A DNA stretch of 63,977 bases, counting the filler, from Porpidia crustulata (taxonomy: Eukaryota): the NCBI GenBank assembly GCA_964255105.1. It is 3 parts of 3 records of this genome, joined end to end, with 100 filler letters (N's around TTAATTAATTAA, not from the genome) between each part and the next. Parts side by side here need not be neighbours in the genome. Positions count along the whole stretch, not along the records: positions 1 to 21,724 come from CAXUWE010000099.1; positions 21,825 to 43,523 come from CAXUWE010000100.1; 1 more part is not named here. One strand, given 5' to 3'. The notes below the pieces were generated by a model. That model was not told where the DNA came from. It worked only from the letters and a program-made list of their open reading frames with translations, and searched no databases. Positions 15,446 through 27,584 of this stretch are shown piece by piece. A program made the translations under genes and the position numbers. Positions within the stretch are counted from its first letter, which is position 1; every line of letters starts with the position of its first letter.

Positions 15446-17469
15446 ATGAAAGATGCGTCGCTGGCCAAGGTGGGAGACCGGGCGGAACCTATGATGCTGC
15501 TTCACCTTCCGCCTGAGATCCTCCAGGCAATAGCCTGGCATATGGACCCTGGTACTTTTTTTGTGTCACTCCTTACTTGTAAAACAATATACGATGCTGC
15601 TAAAGATAGACGCAATCTGCTCCGCCACCTGCATAGTATCCCAGGCTTGAGATTAGGTCTCGACGACCTGAGCACCGCGGATCTGTTGATGCGCTTCCGC
15701 AAACGAGCGGCAGCAAGTCTCTGTGGTGCAGCGGTCCTAGCTGACATAGCGAGATATGCCCCGGCGGATAACAACAGCCAGATTAGCAAATCTGTGTTTT
15801 CGGCTGGTACTCACGGTACTCCAGCACAGCTTGCTACGGTCTACGAGTCCATGTTTGTCAGAATCTACGAGCTTACAGCGGATCACGTTCGTTTGAAAGC
15901 TGAACTTCGGATCATATCACGAGAAGATGTAGGCCATCCAGATTTGGAAGTCCTCAAGATTGCTTTCTCTAGCACCCGAGATCTAGCTGTGTTGTATAGA
16001 CACAGAAGAGCCCCAACTGACGTATCTCCTTTTGTGGACGAAGAGCCAACTCAAGCCAAATGCACTCTGAGATTGGTTACCTTTCATTATTACTATACCG
16101 GAATGAGAGGTTATTTCTACTCTTCCGAAGAGCAAGAAACCACGGACATCTCGCAAGATGTCGGGTTTGTACCAACAGGCCTCGCACTGGCGTCGAACGG
16201 GAATTTTTGCATTTCCTGGACCAGCTGTGACATCGAAAAGCATCCCGAGGTGTGGCTGTGCGGCCGAGATAAAAAGCTTATGGCGGCTATTCAATATGGT
16301 ACGTTAAGTGTCTACGATTAGTGGTTTCCGCAAAGCACCTGGAGTCCTCCCTTCTCCTGTCATTGAATTGGATGAGTTCCAATAGTCGTCCTGTAGCTCC
16401 AAGCTTGATTATTCCGTCAGTCCATCCTCTTCATCCCCTATTCTGTAACCTTATATTGAAGCTTTCTATCAGCGCATTATCCGGGTGCTGGGTCAAGGCT
16501 CGGTACACCTAGAAATCACATTTTCCTTGCCCTATATCTGGTTAAACATGACGGCGTCGTGAAGTACTTGGTTCGCTGATTCGAATGAACGTAGATCGCT
16601 CCCCTAAGAAAATCGTGTTTCGGGAGCAACCTAACTCCTATGGCCATAAATCGGACCGCCTCATTTTCGATGTACAGTTTGTTCGTGACAACAGATCTAT
16701 TAATTTCTATAAGCCTGGCGATCCTATCCACTGCTGGTACACCAACTCATGCGATCCGGATGGAACGGAAAGCGGCCCTGTATGGAAGAACCGAGCCCTC
16801 CTGGATCTAGAGAACGAAGAACGATGGCAAGAATTTCATATTGGGATGCCTTTCCATGGAATTCACACCATCGGGGTACTTGTGAGTAATCAGACTCTAC
16901 CTCTTTGTATAACTTCGTACCTCGCTATCGGCATCCATCACGATCTGGATCCTTGTAGTGATGATAGCTACGATGCATTCGTTGTGCAGGCGGAATTTCA
17001 CCACCAAACTACTGCCTGTCCCCATCGTATCGACTTAGAGTCTGGACGCAGAAACGCATCATGGAAGGCGATTGCGTTGCTTGCGGGCTGGCGTCAAGGG
17101 AAAAGCTCCCTTGGAACGGTGATGGCAATATCTCCAGGCGGCAGTAGCATCGCCTCAGCTACTTGGTCACGGGTGTTGATTTGGACTTTCAACCCGCGAC
17201 TCCTCCACCAAGGCGAGTTGCAGCATTACTTCCCGGTACATGACTACAACGTGAACAAGGGTATTGGTCGATTGAGACCTTTCATGTTGAAGCCTATGGG
17301 AGTGGTTCACAACCTGTTGTGGATTAGCGAGACGATATTGTACGCCACCACCGACCAAGGTCTTGTTAGATGGGACATGGGGAACCTGAGTGACGGAGAA
17401 AAAGAGGATCTTTCGTTGGCGTACGATGCTTGGCCCGACACGGCTGTTGTGATGCCCTTATACGGATGA
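15446..17469 (+). CDS. F-box-like domain protein
   Basis: N-terminal LLHLPPEILQAIAWHM motif. Two long ORFs join in frame through intron 16299-16594 (GTACGT...GCTGAT...GTAG). Confidence 0.7.
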
Positions 17470-18865
17470 TACCCAAGCGAGCGTGTCAATATTCTTTAGG
17501 ATAACGAGGCGCTTTTCTACTTTGGAGTAAAGGCCTGTATTCTTTATTGTGATACGAGGGATAGACTACTCGCTTGGCTCCATGCTTTCTCGCCTGGACA
17601 TACTCTACGTGTACAGAATCGCATGACGATCACATAGTCATGCTACCCACGCAACGATATGCGGTGGGTTGAGTGCCGGATTTACAGCAGCTGACCCTCG
17701 CAGCAGTGTCGGTCAGGCAGACGTAGATTCAATCGTGAATGGCTTATTCATGTACATGATAAGGCTGGCATTCGACGTCAACAGGGCTACTATAGTTTTG
17801 TTTCCTCGGGTGGTATTCCATGCTACTGCGTCCTCGAACTCAAGATGACAGCATGGGCGGCGGTGCGGTGTGCTGCGGACAAGGCGTTTTCAGGCACAGT
17901 GTCACAGCATGAAGATCCCGGCGAGCTAAGGTACTCTAGTCGTCGAGTGAAATCAATAACAATAAATTACTTTGTACTACAAACTCTTGCGTTTGTAGCG
18001 GCGGAGAGTTTGCTCCGACAGAAGATGTCTCACAGCATTACAGTCCGCGCAAGTTTGATCATGTCTTGACTATGAAAGTGTGCGCCAGCCGAGATCAATT
18101 TGTCTATCAAGGATCGTGGGGGATCTTTCAGTTCAACGGTGAACGATAATACCCAAAACCGTTGATGTATAGGTGGTAATCTAAGGTAATCTATCCATGT
18201 ACCAATAAGCAAATCTGACATTACCGTGTACCACAATCCCATCCGTACTTATGACGTTGTGGCGGGGATTCGGAGCAATCGGGAGACCCTGATCGCTTCT
18301 TCCACTGCAGCCCCCAGCGACAAAATCATACATACACACACACACCTCCCTCGTTCACATATCCAGACTGGATCTTATTCTCCTCATCTGCCTGCCTGTC
18401 CATCTTCATCATCGTCATTTCCCACCCTCACTGTCGACTGTCGACTGCTGGGGGCGTCTTGAATTACAACAAAGGCACCGGATTTGTAATCGTTAATTTC
18501 ACCACGTCGGGCCTGCGTTTCCTGTCACTGACCTCCAATCTATTTCACGTAGGGTAAGGAACGTCCGACAAGTTCTGAACTGGCTTCAATACCTAGGTCG
18601 CGTTCGCTCCTTCCTTCTAGTAACTTGGCCACCTTCTGTCCAGCGTATCTTGACGGTGCTCTATTGTTGGTCGATTTGATCGAGGTCAGCTTATTAGACT
18701 AGGACATTTGTTGGTGGTGAAATTTACACCTACGATTGTGGCCGCTTGAATATGGCCTTCTGGCGACTCCCAGATCGAAGGCCGAAGACAGCTTCATAAG
18801 GACCTCCTCTACTGCTTGCTTTTCATCAGAATTGTACAACGCCAAAGGCAACATCTATCCTAGTC

Positions 18866-21686
18866 ATGTCCACCGCTGCGACCAGTCGACCTTCTCCTCC
18901 TAGTCCGTGGGGCTCACAACATTCCTCCCGGAATCTCTCACGACCTTCTACAACCCCTCATGGACTCCCAGCGAGAGCTCCAGCATCTACAGCTCAGCAC
19001 ACTTCAACAGTGCTGTCACCTAAAATTCGCTCGCCTCGTGCGCAGCGCAACATTCGATCGCCCAGCCCAAATTACTTCGAATACATTGTTGACTCGCGCA
19101 GTATTGTCCCAAACGCCAACGCTGGGGGGCACGCGAAGACGAATTTGAGTCCTCCAGCTTTCGATGGCCGCCAACACGCTGGGAATGCCCAAACAGACCT
19201 ATCTTTGGAGCCGCCGAACTTTGAGGCTTTCAAGAAGCAGTCGGAGAAGAATAATTTCAAGCTGAGCCACGGTAATCTGGAACAATTCAGTATCGGTTCT
19301 GGTAATAGTTCGCCTACGCAAGAGAATTTGAAAGGAAGTGCGGACAGGGCAAGATCGTCAGTCTTCTCAACATCGGAAGATAATAATGTTCCAAGTGTGG
19401 CAAGGGCGACACCTTCCGCAGATCACATGGATGTGGATATTACGCCCAGAACTCAGTCAAATTCACTACAATCACCTGCTTCCGGCATGCCATCTTTTTT
19501 CGATCTGCCTAAAGTTCGATCTCCGTCAAACTCGTCTTCGTTAGATCTGTCAAATTTACAAAGAAGTCAACTTTCTCATATTGATGAAAGGCACCCTCGC
19601 CACTCACTACCACATAACCGAGTGGACCAGCCGTCGGCAGCTCTTCAGCGAGCCCTCAACCGAGCCGAGACCCTACCAGATGCCTTCATAAGTGATGGCC
19701 CGCTCATGTCTTCACCGGATGATGTTGCTGCATTATTGAAAGACCAATCCTCTTCGGACACACTTCTACTCGATTTGAGGGTATTCCCTCAGTACTCTCA
19801 GTCGCGGATTGCTGGGGCGCTGAATCTTTGTATACCAACCACTCTTCTGAAGAGGCCATCATTCAACATCCAGAAATTGGCAGATACTTTTTCTAAAGGT
19901 AAGGAAAAAGCGAAATTCAAGCAATGGAAATCGGCAAAATACATCGTAATGTACGACGCGGGCTCCGCCCAGATGAAGGATGCATCATCAGCTATCAATA
20001 CGATTAAGAAATTTACTGTTGAAGGTTGGCAAGGTACTGCGTACATTATCCGCGGAGGCTTCTCGGGGTTTTCGAACAAGTATCCCGACCGATTAGACAA
20101 ACGACCAGTAGATGAGATGGACGAATCTAGTACTAGAAAGCTATCTATTGAGCCATCTGCTGGAGCCCCTGTAGCCGGAGGATGTCTGATGCCTAACACC
20201 GACGGTGCTGCGAATCCTTTTTTTGGCAACATCAGGCAGAATATGGATTTGATCGGTGGGGTAGGCCAGATGCCAATCAATCTGCCAACGGCCATGAGAG
20301 AACTGGGTACGACAGGCCTGCCTACATGGCTGAGAAGGGTTACGGACGAACAAGACGGAAGCAAAATTGTTGCGGACCGTTTTCTTGGGATTGAGAGAGT
20401 AGAACAGCATCGGATGCAAAAAGCATTGTCTACGAATGTGTCGTATGGCAGCCCGAAGCCAGGTTCAGCCAATAGCATCCAGATTGCAGGAATTGAAAAG
20501 GGTATCAAGAATCGGTATAAGGATATGTTACCTTATGACCACTCCAGAGTGAAACTTCAGAACGTGCCACAGGGAGATTGTGACTACGTCAACGCCAGCC
20601 ATTTAGTAGCAGAATGGAGCAACAAACATTACATCGCTTCACAAGCACCTGTGCCTGCGACATTCCATGTGAGTTGTTTGTTTACACATCTTCGTGAGAT
20701 CTCGATTAACAATACATCAGGATTTTTGGCGCGTTGTCTGGGAGCAAGACGCCCGCGTCATCGTTATGCTTACCGCTGAATTAGAAGGAGGCCAACGAAA
20801 ATGCCACCCCTACTGGCTCCCTGGTGACTATGGCGCGTTCAAGTTGAGATCCCTCTCGGAACGCCGTGCATCGCTAGAATTACCGAAGCGTGTCGCCACC
20901 AACCCAGTCTTCGCCCGCTCCGACTCCAAGGCATCAAAATCTAACGCGGGTAACCGTCCCAGCCTGCCCAATCGTTCCTCCACCCATCATGGTAGTTTTA
21001 GCAAGAGCTCTCCTGTGGATCCCTCCTCTGATCTTGAAGTTCCCCATGTAATCATCCGCAAACTTAGTTTGTCACATGCTGACCAGCCTTCTGAATCTTC
21101 GCGCGAAATCACGCAGCTGCAATATTCTAGTTGGCCGGACTTTGGCGCCCCAGCACATCCCGCGCACGTGCTGGGGCTGGTAAAGCACTGTTGGCAAGTT
21201 TTGCAAAGCTACAATAATAACGGGACTAGCGGTGCAAGGGGCAAAGATAAGCCCGCCGAGAAGGGAGAGAGACCGGTTGTGGTGCATTGCAGCGCAGGAT
21301 GTGGACGAACAGGCACGTTTTGCACAGTCGATAGCGTAGTCGATATGCTGAAACGGCAGCGTCTGCATTACCGCCGAGCGCGACGGGAACAAGCAGAAGA
21401 TGGGATGGATGTTGACGGCGAGGGAAACGCAGCCGGAGATGACGGCGTGGCCGGACAAGAATGGTTGGCCAGGGACGACAACGACCTCGTGGCGAAAACG
21501 GTCGAGGACTTCCGTCACCAGCGATTAAGCACCGTGCAAACGCTCCGCCAATTTGTGCTCTGTTACGAGAGCGTGCTGGAGTGGATCGCGGGCGAGATGG
21601 AGTTTGAAGGGATCGGAGGATCGAGGGAGAGACCGAGCATGGAGCGGATGGAGAGTGGGGGCCGGGGCAAGAGTTATAATGGGTGA
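18866..21686 (+). CDS. Protein tyrosine phosphatase with N-terminal rhodanese-like domain (Pyp1/Ptp2-3 MAPK phosphatase family)
   Basis: LLLDLRV...ALNLCIPTTLLKR rhodanese region; KNRYKDMLPYDHSRV, WPDFG, HCSAGCGRTG and QFVLCY motifs. Intron 20669-20720. Confidence 0.93.
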
Positions 21687-21724
21687 CGTGATGGCGGGGG
21701 GATGGGACGGATGTATGCCATTAT

Positions 21725-21824
21725 NNNNNNNNNNNNNNNNNNNNNNNNNNNNNNNNNNNNNNNNNNNNTTAATTAATTAANNNNNNNNNNNNNNNNNNNN
21801 NNNNNNNNNNNNNNNNNNNNNNNN
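21725..21824. other. Artificial scaffold linker (44 N + TTAATTAATTAA + 44 N)
   Basis: The palindromic 12-mer gives stops in all six frames and is flanked by N runs, 100 bp in total. An identical construct occurs at 43524-43623. Confidence 0.95.
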
Positions 21825-22329
21825 GTGGTGGAGGGAATGGAGTTTGGCTGAGGTGGTGAGGAGGGGGTTGATGTGTGCGTGGATGTAAAACCATGGTCGG
21901 GAGATAAGCTGATGGGTGTTGTAACAAGGTCGCCGTGGGTATATGTGCTTTCCCATTTGATGGATCAAAACGTTGCGTTGACTGTCAATGTTGTTCCTCC
22001 GTGGTAAAATCCTTGGATCAGTGCTCCATACTGCACATGCACGCACACAGGCACGGATATTCTATTGCAAGAACATCGACTTGATTGACAACAATCTCAT
22101 TGTACGTGTTCCAGCCGTAAGCCGTCATTTCGTGGAGAAAACCCAGATGTTCCCTAAAGCAGAGTCCTTTCAGAATTGAAGTACTTTTGAAGGAAGGTAT
22201 CAACCGTTGCCGGACAAAAGAGATCTTGATGGAAATTGTTGCTTCTGATCAATACCATCACTCATGGTGCGTGCGTTCAAAGGAAAAGGCCGCTTGTACT
22301 AATTAGGGCGTCCCTTTTCGTTTCCGGGT

Positions 22330-23224
22330 TTAGATGTGCTTCTTGTTGATAGCCTTGAGCTCGACAGCACTAGGAAATAACGACGTTAGCGTGGGAAGCC
22401 TTGGTAGAGAGGGGCACGGAGACAACAATAGAGATCAAGGTCTGATGGAGATGGATGTCTCAAGTGCAGGGGATGGTCCAGCCTTGAGAATACCCGAGAG
22501 TACGCGGATACTGAAAGCCATGCCGTCATGGAGATGGCATGAAAGAAATTGACTGGCTGGTCAAGGACGGGACTTACAAGACAAGCGTGGCGTTCGGCGG
22601 GATCAGACCGGGAAAGCCTCTATTGATCAAGACAGATCCTAGTCAGTGAAACATGCCCTGACGTGTCTCTCTCCAATACTGCCTTTGTGGTATATCGAAG
22701 ACCATGGATTCTTTTCTTTGGCATAGACTCACTGGTTGCCGTATGCATAGTCTCTGTGCCGCACAACCATCATCAGCAAAATTCAAAACGGTAATTGAGT
22801 AGTTTCAGCGTTTGGACGCCTGAATCGAGGATGCCATACCCCGATATGGTCAAGATGCTCTTTTCACCCAAGGTCATCTCCATCACGCCTTCATCCCAAC
22901 CTGGAGTCGGTAAGCTTCTTATTTCCAGTGGCAGGATGTCTGCAGTCTAGCGGATCCACGCACCTCGAATGACCTTGCCGACGCCAATCTGGGTCTTAAA
23001 GTCCCCGCGGTCTACGGAACTGTCGAACCTGAGTAGAACGAATCAACATTGACCAAAGGTAGCACCGGCAGAGATCGACCATGTGCTTACTGCTCTCCTC
23101 TGTAGTCATTGTTGCTTGCTTTCTCGTCGTAGAGGTTACCAGTGTACTCGATGGTGACCTCATCCCCTTTCTTCGGCTTGTCAGAGCCGTTGCCTCGCTC
23201 GAGAACCTTTCTCGTGACACCCAT
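22330..23224 (-). CDS. fpr1B: FKBP12-type peptidyl-prolyl cis-trans isomerase (Fpr1B-like), 120 aa, six exons
   Basis: Exons 23091-23224, 22964-23028, 22840-22900, 22733-22753, 22578-22619 and 22330-22369 splice to MGVTRKVLERGNGSDKPKKGDEVTIEYTGNLYD...[75 protein letters not shown]. Confidence 0.93.
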
Positions 23225-23505
23225 TGTAGCTGTTGACAGGTCTTGTGGTGATGTGCAGTAAGCGGTGAGTATTAGTTGGTTGAAAGTACGGGAGATGGTC
23301 GAAGAAGATAGTCAGGAACGCAGTAGCGGATGGGCGAAAGTAAGCTTGAGAGCATAGAAGCTAGCATATCAAGGAAGGAAGGAGGTCTGTAATCTACAAT
23401 CTGCAGAGGTCTGCCAGTTGAATGAATGCAGCTCGGTGGAAGGACTGAAAGTGAAGGCCTGGAAGCATGTGTCATGGTGTCCGGGGCAAGGTGTCTAAGG
23501 TAAGT

Positions 23506-23649
23506 GGGGAAGGGAAAGGGAAAGGGAAAGGGAAAGGCGTCGGATAAGAGCATAAGAGTAGAGTAGGTAGAGTAAGGCAGGTAGATGAGGGACGTGGGTG
23601 TGAGTTTCAACGGGTTAATAATGATTAATTGATTAATTGATTAATTGAT
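23506..23649. repeat. Simple repeats upstream of the FKBP gene: (GGGAAA)n and (GATTAATT)3
   Basis: GGGAAA repeats at about 23506-23537; GATTAATT three times at 23623-23646. Confidence 0.85.
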
Positions 23650-25715
23650 AGGTCTATGGGGGTAGAGGCTTAATGCTTTTTCGCTCATAGTTCTTTAGGC
23701 TGAGGCAGGTATCTCGGAGAACCAATGATCGGACCAGAGGCTCTTTGGGTCCGCTTCACGGTCACGCCATATCCAATGAGTCCAGTCGATGAGGAGGAGT
23801 CAATGCAAGCCTTGCTGTCAACCTTGAAGCTTTTAGATTGCGGATGTGTGCGAGGTGGCTGGTGGAGTTCTTGGGCCAAAACACTGAAGACGTTGATTGA
23901 AAAGAGTAATCCAGTCCTCTAGCCCACATCGCTCCAGGGCTAAAGGAGGAAGCCGTAAGTGGCTAGACACGCACCCTACGCTTTCGGTCACAAAGCAGGC
24001 CGGGAAGGTTGAGAAGCACAAGACGCATCCACGACCAGATCTCCCTGCCATCGACATGTAAGGGTGGTCTTGCGCCTTGGGCAATTTGGAAGGCGTAATT
24101 ATGGTGTCGAAGAAGGAGGTAGGGACACAATAACCTTTTGGCGTACATTAGCCATCTCCGAGAGTATGGATTGAGGAACCTGTGGTGCTTGTGCAGATTA
24201 CTCGATGCACCACTGTGCTGCTCCTCTGCTACCACTTGCTTGAATAAGTGTCAACTCTCAAAAATCAAGATATCCAAACTCTTGATGTGTGCTTCTGTGC
24301 CGGGCGTAGTCAATTGTAAGACTAAAAAGCTACAGTGGGGGTTTTACACCTAACGCTTAAGCGTTCCTTAGTGCCCTGGCCAAGGCACTTTAGTCATATC
24401 CTTGCTCCCAAACTCTTCGTCTACTCGTCGTCTCTAACAATTCACGACTGAGAATGGCGTTCTGGAACGTCTCAACGAAACCTGTCGAACCTCCTCGGGC
24501 AAGTCTCCGCACCAGAGTACACTAGGCAGCTGGCATTCTCACATTCCCATCTTGGCAGTTCTTCGTCGTCGTCCGCTGCATTGTTATCAGTCGACTTGGG
24601 CTTCACAGTCTGTCCATATTGTTTTCCCCAGATAATACTGACAGCTGTCGTACTCACGCTGTGTAACATGAGACCCTGCCTACCGATGACACCCGCAATG
24701 CCAACCTCGTTGTACCTTCAAAGGCATGCATATCCGCGCAGACATTCTGCAGCCACTTCCTTCCGCTGCCTTTCACCGCAGCCACAAGCTTCCGGAATCA
24801 TGACCCTTAAGATCCGGCCAGCATACAGGCAAAGCCTGCTTTGAAGACATGATTCAGGATTACCGTCAATGAAGCTGCAGCATTGGATTCAACTCCTGTT
24901 TTTCACTCACCAAATAAGCAGGATAAACCACTTCGGTGTGCTGGCACTCGTGGGGTATAATTACTGACCATGCATGCTCAGCAACCAACGCCATTCAAGA
25001 CTACTGCAACACAGCGCGCGATTTCCGCATTGATCACAAGTTGATCCGACCTTGGCCCCCACAACTTTAAGCTTTCCACTTCTGAAAGGATTCAGTATCT
25101 TCGTCTATGTAGCTACGCAGTCACGCAGCATAGCAAGAGACATATGGAACTGTGACTTCTAAATGGACTGTTCATTACAAGAGACTCTTAGATTCGAAGG
25201 GGTCAAACACATTGCCAGGGCTTTGGCTGGATTTGTGGTGATTCTTAACGCCATTAATTGGGTATTACGCCACGGTGTGTGCGTATGTTGCAGAGCTCAT
25301 ATCAGAACGTGTAAATGGATTGGCTGGCTTGTCGGTAGCCACCTTCAAGCGTCGATTCGTTCCGATAAGCTTTACCCGATTATTGCGGGTCAGCGAAAAT
25401 GCTGGTGCATCGGCGTTGAGGCGCTCTCGGCTTTTCATATGCTGGTCTTCTGGTCTGGCATTTTCGCCGCCGTGTGCTACTTCTGGAAGTTGACTGTTTT
25501 CATAGGGAAGGTAGAACATACTCTCGCTAAGATTAAGCAAGTTTCAAGTCAAGCAACGCATTCCAGCTCGTAGTCATGCTATCAAATGCGTAGGAGACAT
25601 TAGTGGTCTTGAATATCAAGAGCTAATCATTTGCTTTGATGCGGTTGGGTGTTGAGCGAGAGACGAAGATGTGATGCATACCACTGTAGAGCAATGTCGT
25701 TGTCCATTCATCTGA

Positions 25716-26742
25716 TTACGACGCGAAGAATGCATGACTTCTTATGTTACATATGTTAGCAGTTCGAGTCAAAGTACTTGGATTTCGGTAGTCTGTGGTG
25801 TATTCGGATTCCTCAAAGTACGTGATAGTCGTAATGCCAACTTCCTCTGCGAACTTCATGAGCTCGAGGTATTTCGCACCCACCTGATTGACGCCATGAG
25901 AGTCATCCGAGAGCGTAAATCGTCCTCCTTTTGCAAGAAACGCCTTCTCACAACTTCAGCAGATCATTGCATCCGTATAAGTAGGGATTCAACTAACCTT
26001 GCAAATCACTGCTTCGGGATAGGGAGCGTTCAAGCCTTTTCTCAAAGCAGCGGAATTGAGTTCAATAATCCCTCCATACCCGGCGATGTAATCAAGGTTT
26101 CTCAGTATCTTCTCCCAAACATCTTTCCATCGTTTAAGGCTGGCATTTGGTTCACTACTTTTCAGCCTGATCAAATCGAAATGCCCAACCATAGGAGGTT
26201 TCAATGCTTGTAGCATCTTAAAATGGGAATCAAAGTAGTCTTCGGCGAGTTTTTCTTCACTGCCACCCGACATTTCGCAAGCTTTCCCATACGTTTCGTG
26301 ATCAAAGTCAATGGGGACGGCATGGACATGGTGGACCGAGCCGATAAATATGTCGAATCGGTACTTTTGCAGCAGATTTTGAATGAAAGCACTGGAGGAA
26401 GGCCGAATCCAATCTGTTTCCACACCGATGAGGATCTTGATCCGAGAAGAGTACGTTCTCTTCAATCGATTAGCCTCTTGAACATAGTCATCGAACAGCT
26501 TCTCCAATTTAGCTTGCGTACATCCTTCAGCGATCTAGAATTGTCAGTAAGTACAAGGGACGTTCAGCAACGATCCTACAATATACCTCCTCAGGGTAGA
26601 GATCACCGTCCTCTCGAGGCATATGTTCTGTTAGCGCGAAAACTTCCATTTTCCTCTCAATGGCATTCTTGATCACCTCTTCGAGCGTGTTGGTGGCGTG
26701 GCCGCAGAACTGGCCGGAATGACTGTGATGAGAGTATGGCAT
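25716..26742 (-). CDS. HIS2: Histidinol-phosphatase (PHP family)
   Basis: Motifs MPYSHHSHSGQFCGHA, LTEHMPR, IGSVHHV, GHFDLIRL, IELNSAALRKG and TLSDDSHG. Introns 26535-26586 and about 25944-25997. TAA at 25716-25718. Confidence 0.93.
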
Positions 26743-26976
26743 GTTGCAGGTAATGCTTGGGAGAGTCGGTTATAGATTGTCCAGAAAGTAATTAAAAGAC
26801 TCTATATGGGCTTGAAGCTATACAACTTCACCCAATAATAAATACTGGAGGAAATATCTTCAGTGGTCAAAACACGTAGCATAGGGTGAACAAAATTTCA
26901 TCACTGACGTTTAACAATGTCGTGGTGAATATCGCTCGGGAAGTGATGATTACAAGACTGGTCAGCGATGAAAGTT

Positions 26977-26988
26977 AAAAAGCAAAAA
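26977..26988 (-). terminator. Putative RNA Pol III terminator of the tRNA-Arg gene (TTTTTGCTTTTT)
   Basis: Two T5 tracts on the minus strand starting 12 nt downstream of discriminator G73. Confidence 0.7.
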
Positions 26989-26999
26989 CCGTACGATGC

Positions 27000-27123
27000 C
27001 GATGCTCAAGGCTATTCAGAACATTAGAAAGAATGGATGAAAAGTTGATAGGCGAGTACTTACGACTCGAACCCTCAACCTCGTCTTTAGGAGAGACACG
27101 CGCTACCATTGCGCCAAAGCACC
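27000..27123 (-). tRNA. tRNA-Arg(CCU) gene split by a 52-nt GT-AG insert (27012-27063) between tRNA positions 61 and 62
   Basis: Exon 1 is 27123-27064: GGTGCTT TG GCGC AATGGTA GCGC G TGTCT CT CCT AA AGACG AGGTT GAGGG TTCGAGT C. Exon 2 is 27011-27000: CCTT GAGCATC G. The joined sequence folds into full acceptor, D, anticodon and T stems. Confidence 0.9.
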
Positions 27124-27584
27124 AAATGCATTACCTAAGTTGTCCTTACTTAGTATCTATTAAAAAAGTATTCATCTGAGCCTCCTCTGCTTGTCTTTGA
27201 CACTCTTTCCCTTCTAGTGCCTCCTTCCTGCAATGCGGCCGGAGCCTTACTACAGGCAACTGTGACCTTGAAATTGAGGGGAGTTCCATATTGGCTAGAC
27301 TTTTCTTTTTTGAGATGACATGAATACTTGTATAAATCCCTCTCGTGTTCTGCTACTACGTCCTCCTATTGTGCTATGAATTACTAGTGCCTCTATCTCT
27401 CCTGCCTTGTCCCTGCCTAGCGATGTCCAGTCTTGATTAGAATTAAGGTTGATGGTGGGTAGGCTCTATATAGCTGAAAGGGTAAAAGCCGATTCCAGCT
27501 ATTGTAGGTCTACTTGTAGGATACGCTGTGGCTCTCAATGCTATGATAGATTTGAAAAAGGACGCGCAGTTAGAAGTACTCAGA

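Noticed and set aside
16299..16594. Long (296-nt) intron in the F-box gene as a snoRNA host or nested intron
   Set aside because: No convincing C/D or H/ACA boxes or nested splice architecture were seen by eye.
21725..21824. Palindromic TTAATTAATTAA flanked by Ns, repeated at 43568-43579
   Set aside because: The identical 44N+12+44N construct at both sites is an assembly stop-codon linker, not biology.
23685..25573. Cluster of short ORFs between FKBP and HIS2
   Set aside because: No recognisable domain and no consistent gene model could be built.
27064..27123. Reading the tRNA as a 3'-truncated pseudogene or SINE head
   Set aside because: The missing 3' half (CCTTGAGCATCG) lies 52 nt downstream, is complementary to both stems and is bounded precisely by GT...AG.
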